DNA from: Octopus sinensis
Lineage: Eukaryota
Length of the DNA stretch: 64,000 bases
Reading direction: 5' to 3'
Assembly: GCF_006345805.1 (NCBI RefSeq)
Contig: NC_043010.1
Span: 2,728,001-2,792,000 of the forward strand
Shown: positions 54,453-64,000 of the stretch, one piece after another
Layout: each line of letters begins with the position of its first letter
Numbering within the stretch: position 1 is the first letter of the stretch
Notes under the pieces: generated by a model
Seen by the model: the letters and a program-made list of their open reading frames with translations, nothing else
Databases searched by the model: none
Told to the model about the DNA's origin: nothing
Program-made: the position numbers and the translations under genes

Positions 54453-56003
54453 ATTGAATGCATGACATTTTATAAATTATAGCCACAATAAAAATAACAA
54501 ACGATACAAAATTTTAGCTGACAAAACAAATTGGAATATTTGTGGAATTCCATGTAAAAATATATTTTTTCACAATACAAAATATTATAAGGCCTGGATA
54601 CAATTTGGTTATCTCCCTTGCATCTGTTTGATAGCTGAATGTGTTGCCTGGTTCAACCCACCTCATAACAGTCTAGTTTTTATTTTTCAGTCAAGAGCAA
54701 ATCTGCGCCCGTGGGAATTTCTGGATAGCATGACTAGCAAAAGACTATTTACAGTTTTTTAGTGGTGAGGCCCGAGGCGCTGCTCAAAAACAAAAAAAAA
54801 AAAAGAAGAGGCGCAGGAGTGGCTATGTGGTAAGTGGTTCCGGGTTCAGTCCCGGGCAAGTGTCTTCTACTATAGCCTCGGGCCGACCAAAGCCTTGTGA
54901 GTGGATTTGGTAGACGGAAACTGGAAGAAGCTCGTCGTATATATATATATATGTACATTCAACAATATAAGGAATGGCCATATAGGACATTCGACTCACT
55001 AGAAAGAGCAGCCAAACTCCTTATCTTGTTGAATGTATATTATATAGTCTTTGACTATTTTTTCTTTCTCGCTAGACTGCTGGTAGCAGAGAATTTTTTC
55101 TAGAATTTTGTGCTACCCTTATATTTATTAATATATATATATGTATATATATATATGTTTGTGTGTGTATATGTTTGTGTGTCTGTGTTTGTCCCCACAA
55201 CATCGCTTGACAACCGATGCTGGTGTGTTTACGATAGAATAAGTACTAGGCTTACAAAGAATAAGTCCTGGGGTCGATTTGCTCGACTGAAAGGTGGTAC
55301 TCCAGCATGGCCGCAGTCAAATGACTGAAACAGGTAAAAGAATAAAAGAATGCCTGTTCTATTTTTTTTTTTTTTGGTTTCAGTCATTTGACTCTGCTCA
55401 TACTGGAATAACAACTGAAGATTCAACCCCATTCCTCATTTTTTGAAGCCTAGTACTCATCCCAGGGGTCTCTTTCGCTGAACAGTTAAGTTACGAGGAC
55501 GTAGACAAACCATTACCAGTTTTCAAGTAGTGGAAGGGCAACACACACACATATATAATGAGCTTCCACACAGTTTCCATCTACCAAGTTTACTCACATA
55601 GCATTTGTTGACTGGGGCTATACAAGAAATTACTTCCAGTGGGATTGATCTTTCAACCACTTGGCTGCAAAGCAAGCTTCTTAACCTCACAGCCATGCAT
55701 CTGCCTTTCATAATTGATCATTTCTTAATTAGGCACATTGAACTATAAACTTTGGTCGTAGAGTAAGAGGTGAATAAGTCTGGGCACACACACACACACA
55801 CACACACACTCACAGACACACACAGAGACAGACACACACACAGACACACACACAGACACACACACACACACAGACACACACACACACAGACACACACACA
55901 CATACACACACACATACACACACATACACACACACACATACACAAACACACACACACACATACACACACATACACACACATACACATACACACACACACA
56001 CAT

Positions 56004-56042
<39 letters not shown>

Positions 56043-56573
56043 TGGAAAGAATTGAATTAATATTTTTTTTGTATAAGCTGAGGAGCTACATCAGTGACCC
56101 AAGAGCCCAGAGTTTGATTGGTGCTCTGGGTTCCTATGTCACTGCTGTAGTGTTTTGGTTATGAATGAAATAAAATATTATGTATGTATTCAGGCGTTGC
56201 TGTGTAGCTAAGAAGCTTGCTTGCAACGGTGTGGTTTCGGGTTCAGTCCCACAACATGGCTGCTTGGGCAAGTGTCATTTACTATAATCCTGGGCCGACC
56301 AATGCCTTTTGAGTGAATATGGTTGACAGGAAAGAAGGTGGAAGCCCATTATACACACACATATGCGTGTGTGTATATGAGTTTCTGTGTGATTGTGTAG
56401 GTACCCCATCCCACTTGACAACCAATGCTGGTTTGTTTTTGTCCCGATAATTTAATGGTTCAGCAAAAGAGGATGAAAGAATGAGTACCAGGCTTTAAAA
56501 AGTAAGAACTGGGGTCCTTTCAAGGCAATGCCCTTGCATGGCTGCACCAATGGCTGAAACTATTAAAAGATAA

Positions 56574-56734
56574 GGAGTGGCTGTGTGGTAAGTAGCTTGC
56601 TTACCAGCCACATGGTTCCGGGTTCAGTCCCACTGCGTGGCACCTTGGGCAAGTGTCTTCTACTATAGCCTCAGGCTGACCAAAGCCTTGTGAGTGGTTT
56701 TGGTAGACGGAAACTGAAAAAGAAGCCCGTCGTA

Positions 56735-56825
<91 letters not shown>

Positions 56826-57040
56826 CTGTGTTTGTCCCCCTAGCATTGCTTGACAACCGATGCTGGTGTGTTTATGTCCCCGTTACTTAGCGGTTCGGCA
56901 AAAGAGACCGATAGAATAAGTACTGGGCTTACAAAAGAATAAGTCCCGGGGTCGATTTGCTCGATTAAAGGCGGTGCTCCAGCATGGCCGCAGTCAAAAT
57001 GACTGAAACAAGTAAAAGAGTAAAAGAGAGAGTAAAGAGT
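56574..57040 (+). mobile_element. Full-length, well-preserved tRNA-derived SINE with internal (TA)n(TG)n
   Basis: GGAGTGGCTGTGTGGTAAG head, GGGTTCAGTCCC B-box-like motif, conserved 3' part ...CCAGCATGGCCGCAGTC...GACTGAAACAAG, (TAAAAGAG)n tail. Confidence 0.9.
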
Positions 57041-57054
57041 ATGCTATTATTTGT

Positions 57055-57330
57055 CAGTCTAGCAACAGATGTTGTATAGCTTCTACCTGCTATCATATAT
57101 CAGTTATGTAGTATCTGCCTGCCCTCATCTGTTAGCCTAACAACACTTGTTGTACAGCTTTTTGCTTGCAATCATTTTTTAGCCTAACAATCGTTGTTGT
57201 GTAGCTTCTGCCTCCTTTCAATTCTGAGCCTAACAACAGTTGTTCTTTATTCTCTATCTGCCATCCATTGTTCTATAGTCTTGACCAGCCACAATCGATT
57301 GTTCCTCACAATAGTTGTTATGTAGCCTCT
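57055..57330 (+). repeat. Degenerate minisatellite with a unit of about 45 bp
   Basis: Recurrent TAGCCTAACAACA(G/C)TTGTTGT(G/A)TAGCTTCTGCC. Confidence 0.6.
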
Positions 57331-57550
57331 TTCGGTTCTGATTCATCAGTCCTATCTAAAGATGAAGCGAGATTTAGGCATAATTGACTTATTGATGTAA
57401 ACTGCTTGTAATGTAAGCTGCTGCCAACGAAACCCACGACGTCGACCTTAAGGGACTCGAACTGCCAAAACTTATAATTTACTAATAATTGGAAAGAAAT
57501 AATCATTGAAAATATTATGCTCATAAGAATTGGATTGAAGGTGGAAGAGT

Positions 57551-57586
<36 letters not shown>

Positions 57587-58146
57587 GGGAGAGAGAGAGA
57601 GAGGAGACGAGAAAGAGAGGGAGTGGGAGAGAGAGAAAGAGAGAGAGAGAGAGAAAGAGAGGAAGGGGAGAGAAACAAGAAAGGAGCGAGAGGGTCAAAA
57701 CGATATTCTGAAGTTCATGGTGTAAGGGAAATAACTCTGTCGAACAACAAATTTTATTGAACCTGTCCTGCTCAACTTGACAATCAGTGCTGGGTTTGTT
57801 TTACTAATCTCGTAACTTAACAGTTCGGCAAAAATTGATCCAGTATTAATATTAAGTCCTAAGATTGATTTGATTGACTAAAACCCGGCCAAGACGGAAC
57901 CCCAGCATGGTCCGAAACCATTGACTGCAATTAGTTAAAAGAAGAAACGAATGTTATGTGTATTTATGTACAAAGAACACACACACACACTTATATGGGT
58001 TTGTTGAAAGAGGCTGTTGGGTGGTAAAGGAGAAAGCTTTCAAACTGCTCAGTATTGAGTTCAGTCACACTGTACAGCAGCTTGAGTGAGTAAATTTGTT
58101 AGGCAGAGACTGAAAGACAACTGTCGTGTGGTGTGTGTGTGTGTGT

Positions 58147-58462
58147 GGAGGCGCAATGGCCCAGTGGTTAGGGCAGCGGACTCGTGGTCGTAGGATCGCA
58201 GTTTCGATTCCCAGACCGGGCGTTGTGAGTGCTTATCGAGCGGAAACACCCAAAGCTTCACAAGGCTCCGGCAGTGGGGGTGGGGGGTGGCGTTCCCTGC
58301 TGTACTCTTTCGCCACAACTTTCTCTCACTCTTTCTTCTGTTGGCCTGCTCGCTTAGCCAGCGGGGTGGCGTCATTTAAAGGCTAAAACAATGCTAAGCG
58401 CATTGTGACCAGCGATGTGTAACAACATCTGATAGCCTGGTTGGTAACGGTGATCACAGTGA
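58147..58462 (+). mobile_element. CpG-rich, apparently young tRNA-derived SINE (distinct family)
   Basis: GGAGGCGCAATGGCCCAGTGGTTAGG A-box and GTTTCGATTCC B-box, ending in (TA)n. Confidence 0.8.
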
Positions 58463-58539
58463 TATATATATATATATATATATAAGTCAAAAATAAAAGG
58501 TTCCAAACAAGTCTTAACAAATTCATCTGTTTTTTCTTT

Positions 58540-58985
58540 CTTTTTAAGGACAATAACAGGGACTATACAATTTAATTTGTACAGCAAAACCACACAGACC
58601 TGGAACCAATAGATGTGACCTATGTTTAGAAGAATTTTACAGGATTTTCACATCCAAGGGTAACGTAATAAATTCTGGACAGGAGCACATGAGGAAATTC
58701 ACATTTGCCAGGTATAAATGAATAATTATCATTTAAACCATACAAGGTTTTGAAATGATGGACTGAAAATGATTATCCAATGAGAACTTGAAATAGAGAT
58801 TGTTTGTGTCTGACTTAGCGGACAGCTCAAAATGATGCAACCCAGACTTTAGAAAAGAAAATCATTAAATGGCCATACTGAGGGATATCAAATTTAGACC
58901 CTGAAGAGACTGCACCGTTTTATAGTTGGGTCGCAATTGCAACGATTACTAATCAGTGCAATTGAAACTTGTTTTATTAATATTG
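58540..58985 (+). mobile_element. Penelope-like element 3' end
   Basis: KPHRPGTNRCDLCLEEFYRIFTSKGNVINS resembles the C..C..E motif following GIY-YIG. A downstream CCTGAAGAG motif is present. Confidence 0.65.
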
Positions 58986-60052
58986 ATGAAACTTGACATG
59001 TGAGTAAAACTCATGTCTGGAAACCTCTTAGCATACTCAGATTGTTGAAAAAAAAACGATAATAGGGCCCCTGGAAGGGATCCTTATATATATCTAATAT
59101 ATTTTATTATAAAAAAATCATCTGTGCATGTTGTTCACCAAGAAATTGCTGAACCATCTTTATTGGACTCGAGAGACTACCATTAATATATATATTATTT
59201 TATTTGTTTCAGTCATTTGATTGCAGCCATGCTGGATCGCTGTCTTGAAGGATTTAATCAAACAAATCGACCCCAGGAGTTATTTTTTAAGCCTAGTACT
59301 TATTTTATCAGTCTCTTTTACTGAACTGCTAAGTTATGAGGATGTAAAACACACCAACACCGGTTGTCAAGCCATGATGGACATACACACACACACACGC
59401 ATGCACACACACACACACACACACACATGACAGGCTTCATTCAGTTTCCATCTACCAAATCCACTCACAAGGCTTTGGTTGGGCCAAGATGCCACACAGT
59501 GGGACTGAACCCAAAACCATGTGGTTGGGAAGTAACCTTTTTACCACATAGCCACACCTGCACTTATAAAGAATTACACTATGCAAGTATATAAAGTTAC
59601 ATGTGTGTGGTTACATGTGTTGACATTTACACATGTTTCTGTGAATGTAGCAACCTATAAATAGTGGAGTTGTTAACCTGTCTTGTTAATGAATCACCTA
59701 CTCACTTGGTGCTTTCAAAGTCGATTTGGAATAAACAAATCCTTACTTTTAACACAAGGATTAGAGACAGGAACACTCACCCAGCTACAAAAACAATGCC
59801 TCAATAACAGCTCATCTAATCCATTCTAGTACAGGAAAACAGCTGCAAAGTTGAACAGTTGACTCCATCAGAACTCTGAGTTTCATCATCATCACCATCA
59901 TCGTCATCATCATCCTCATTATCATCATTTACTGTCCACTTTCCTGTGCTTACATGAGTTGGATGTAGTGTATGAAAGCCCTCACATGTTTCCAAACAAG
60001 ATAATATTGCAAGGTATGTTTTTTACAGAACATTGGAAATGAATGATGCTGC

Positions 60053-60423
60053 TTAAGTTAAGTTAAGTTAAGTTAATTTTTTGGCTCAAAAAGCAAAAAG
60101 CAAGGCTATGTAGGGGGACATGGAGTTATGTACAAGGAGGGTGTTCATGCAAAGAGTTCAGGCCATTTCTGGTCAAGAGAGACTTTGAACTGAGCGGTCA
60201 TCGGCATCTTCACTATCTCATCCGGCAGCTTATTCCACGGATCCACAACCCGGATGGAGAAAGCCCTTCTCCTTCGATTGAGATGAAATCGTTGCAGATA
60301 GAGCTTTTCGAAGTGACCCCGCAGCCGACGCTCTGGAGCAGGAGTGAAGAACAGCTCTTTCGAGAGGTTACACTTTCCGCTTATGATGTTGTGAGCAAGA
60401 ATGAGATCACCACGGCGTCGTCG
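60053..60423 (-). mobile_element. CR1-clade LINE 3' end with an intact reading frame
   Basis: RRRRGDLILAHNIISGKCNLSKELFFTPAPERRLRGHFEKLYLQRFHLNRRRRAFSIRVVDPWNKLPDEIVKMPMTAQFKVSLDQKWPELFA* with (TTAAC)n tail. Confidence 0.92.
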
Positions 60424-63278
60424 TTTCTATGACAGTTACTCTTATTTGCAACTATCACATGAATTCAAGATAAGTGCATAATATCCTAAAATCAAGGAGC
60501 CACATAAAAGGCACTGTGATGGTGCCTCATAAGAAACACCCAGTACACTCTGTGGAGTGGTTGGCATTAGGAAGGGCATCCAGCTGTAAAAACCGAGCCA
60601 AGACAGACTCTGGAACCTGGTGTGGTCCCTGGCCTTGCCAGTTCTTGTCAAACTGTCCATATCATACCACCATGGAAAACAAATGTTAAATGTCAATGAT
60701 GATGATGATGACACACATACATACATTTGCAAGCGTGTACATACACACACACACACACACATGCATGCATGCACGTATATGATTGCCTTTCAGTTTCTAT
60801 CTTCCAAATCCATTCTCACAAGGCTTTGGTCTATAGCTGAAAACATTTTAATAGAAGTCACTTACCCTAGGTGCCACGCAGTGGGACTGAACCCATAACC
60901 ATGTGGTTGGGAAGCAAACTTCTTGACCACACTCCCACACTGTATATATGTGGTGCTCTTTCTATCATTTTGCAAATTTAAATGTGTCTGTGTCTTTAGG
61001 TCTTTAATTTGATGTCTAGCTATCTCAGTCAGGCCAAAGCTATGCTTTAACATTAACCACTCACAACATAAACACACACACTCAAAAGTATATACACAGA
61101 GGCACATTTCTGAGTGGGTTGCATGTGTTTTGTATATGTTTATGTTTGTTTGTGTGTGCATGCACATGTGACTGTATTTGTCCCCCCCCTCCCACTGCTT
61201 GACAACTGATACTGGTTTCTTTTCATCCTCATAACTTAGAAGTACGCCAAAAGAGACTGATAGAATAAGTAGCAGACTTTAAAAGAAAGTAAGTGCTGGG
61301 GTTAATTTCTTTGAGTAAGCCGTTCAAGGTGGTGCTCCAGCATGGCCAAAATCCAATGACTGAAACAAGTAAAAAGATAAAAATAATAGTCGATGCCTGC
61401 ACTGAGTTTGAACTCATCACTTTGGTGTTAAACACTGCATGCTAGCAATCCATGTAATTTTTGCTTTCCTTAGATTTAAACTGTCTTTTTTTCCAACTCA
61501 TTTCTAACCCCATTCATAGAGAACAATATGGCTGTTAGTTAATTAATAGATTGTCAATGGGGCAATGAGGGGTTCACTATACTTGTGGCGAGACTGTCAA
61601 GGGGAGTGCCTGTAAATTGATGCAGAGCAAACATACCAAAGAATTTCATTTGAAGAACACCAATGCTTTCGGTTTTCTTGTGAGTGCTTATACAAGCAAG
61701 AAGTTTGCTTTCCCAAAACATGGTCTTGGGTTCAATTCCCCTGCGTGGCACCTTGGGCAAGGGTCTTCAATAACGTCAGGTAGCTCAAAGCTTTGTGAGT
61801 GGATTTGGTGGAGAGAAACTGAAAGAAACCTGTCACATGCATCGCAAAACTTGAAACATCAATGTCTGAGATTCCCGAGAGATGGCGACACTCAACAAAC
61901 TGGGTGTTTTCACACCTTTTTACCATAAGAGAGATTTTTTTCTCCATGGTAACTGCAGTGTATTTGGCTTTAGCAGTTGAAATTTGTGACAAACATATTT
62001 CAACTCACCAAAATTCTGCTCATACCTAAACACTTCTTTGTGCCTATTCTCCGTTTATATATATAACACACACACACACATATATATTTACTTAATATGG
62101 TTTTGGTTATGGCTGGTCAGAGAGTGACCGTTGGTTTCACACCCATCAAGTTGGCCAACAAGTCTGATGAGTCACCTACACCGCTATGAACTTAACTTTA
62201 TGGTTGAAAAACTAAGGGTCGCTCTCACTGGCCACAACCAACAGCCTTTTAAGTATTACTGCTCTAAAATTTTTAGACTGTGCTTCTTTTCAGATTTATG
62301 AACTACTGACCAAATATATATATATAACACCCACTACACTCGCGGAGTGGTTGGCGTTAGGAAGGGCATCCAGCTGTAGAAACACTGCCAGACTAGACTG
62401 GAGCCTGGGGCAGTCCCGAGCTCCCCAGACCCCGGTCGAAACCGTCCAACCCGTGCTAGCGCGGAAAACGGACGTTAAACGATGATGATGATGATGATGA
62501 TGATGATATATATATATATATATATAAGTCTTTCATGTTTGTTTTCCCACTTCTGCTTCCAATATCAGCTGTTGGTTGACTTACATCACCATCATTTAGC
62601 CGTTTGGTTAAAGAGACTGATGGAATAAGCACTAGGCTTAGAAAGAAAATTAAATACTTATGTCCTGGGATAAATTTGTTCAATTAAATCCTTCAAGGTG
62701 ATGCCCCAGCTTGGCCATGACTGAGACAAAAGAGATAAATACACTTAGGATATGGTTATATTCTTTGCTTAATATTAGCATCTGGCAAGTGTTATCTAAA
62801 AGGCTGTCTTAAAAGGATCTCCATAAGTGACTCCCACTGGAAATACCTGTCAGACATAAGAAGCCATAGTAGTTATCAAGTTTTTAATGAAGATGTAAAC
62901 AATTAGCAAAATCATTGATGAATGACAGTTTTTGTGTATTTGTGTGTTTCTATATGTATGTTTTTCTCTGTGTGTGTGTGTCTTTGTGTGTGTTTATGTG
63001 TGTGTATGTACGTACATGTATGTGTGCTTGTGTGTGTATATGTGTATTTGTACATTTATATGTGTATACTCATGACCATCTTTCTATCTTTCTATGTGTG
63101 TGTGTGTGTGTGTGTATGCATATATATGTGCGGATGTATATATGTGTGTGTCATGCCACACATGCCTGTGTGTATGTGTGCATGTGTTTGCATGTGTATG
63201 CATGATTGCTACTGCAATGTGTTTATATATCTGTATCTCTCTCACTCTCTCTATATCTATCTATCTATCTGTCTATCC

Positions 63279-63331
<53 letters not shown>

Positions 63332-64000
63332 CCTATCTATCTATCTATCAACCTATCTCTCTGTACATCCTTCTTTCCATCTCTGTTTATCATTGTCTTT
63401 CTCCTCTCTCTCTCTCTCTCTCTCTCTAATAAATATATGTGTGTGTGTGTTGATTGTTACTTCCTCGCAGAAGATGGTCATTTCCTTTTAAATATTTGTG
63501 TGTGTGTGTGTGTGCACCACTGCCAATATGTGCGTGGGCATATGTCTGAGAGTGATTCTGCATCTGCACATATAAGTATGTATATGTGTACAAATATGTT
63601 TGCGTATACTGTGTATATAGGAGAACAATATATACATCCAGCATAACATGAAAATGCCACTCATAAAAGACCATTGATTGGAAATAACTCTCATGTGTAT
63701 GTATCTTACTGTTTAACCCAAGGCAATACCTTGATTAAGCAGACTGATGATTAAAGGCTTTCCAACCTTGATCACTCCATCGTGTATTCAGAAATAACTA
63801 TTTCTACTATAGTCACAAGACCTGAAATTTGGGTGGAAGGGGCTAGTCATCATCCACAGTGCTAGACGGATACTTATTTCTTCAACCCCAAAAGGATGAA
63901 AGGCAAAGCCTACCTCAGTGGAATTTGAACTCAGAACATAAAACTGGAAGAAATGCCACAAAACATTTTTTCCAGGGTGCTATTGATCCTGCCACCTCGC

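Noticed and set aside
58147-58215. tRNA-like A and B boxes
   Set aside because: This is the head of a SINE that continues into a non-tRNA body. A complete cloverleaf with acceptor stem is not evident.
62103-62242. Imperfect inverted repeat of about 24 bp
   Set aside because: The arms are too diverged and far apart for a miRNA-like hairpin. Probably an old MITE.

Overview
AT-rich eukaryotic genomic DNA packed with microsatellites. By recognition its repeat families (tRNA-derived SINEs, RTE and CR1 LINE 3' ends, Penelope, Helitron, Tc1, Tigger and hAT remnants) resemble those of an octopus or other coleoid cephalopod. Almost every ORF in the supplied track is a microsatellite artefact or a transposon remnant. 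Reading splice sites by hand gave a phase-consistent six-exon minus-strand coding chain (33012 down to 16811, about 235 aa, family not recognised), with a possible 18-nt micro-exon upstream. A weaker plus-strand exon chain (2009-11966) converges on it and would need a 4-nt micro-exon. One intron of the minus-strand gene holds an apparently identical tandem duplication, each copy carrying a ~95-125 nt near-perfect hairpin (pre-miRNA-like). Other observations are a second microsatellite-bounded tandem duplication, a head-to-tail SINE array, nested transposons, several long-TIR MITEs, and a shift from CpG-poor to CpG-retaining sequence near 38-46 kb. There are no prokaryotic features, CRISPR arrays, rRNA genes or true tRNA genes. 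All alignments were done by eye, with no database searches.
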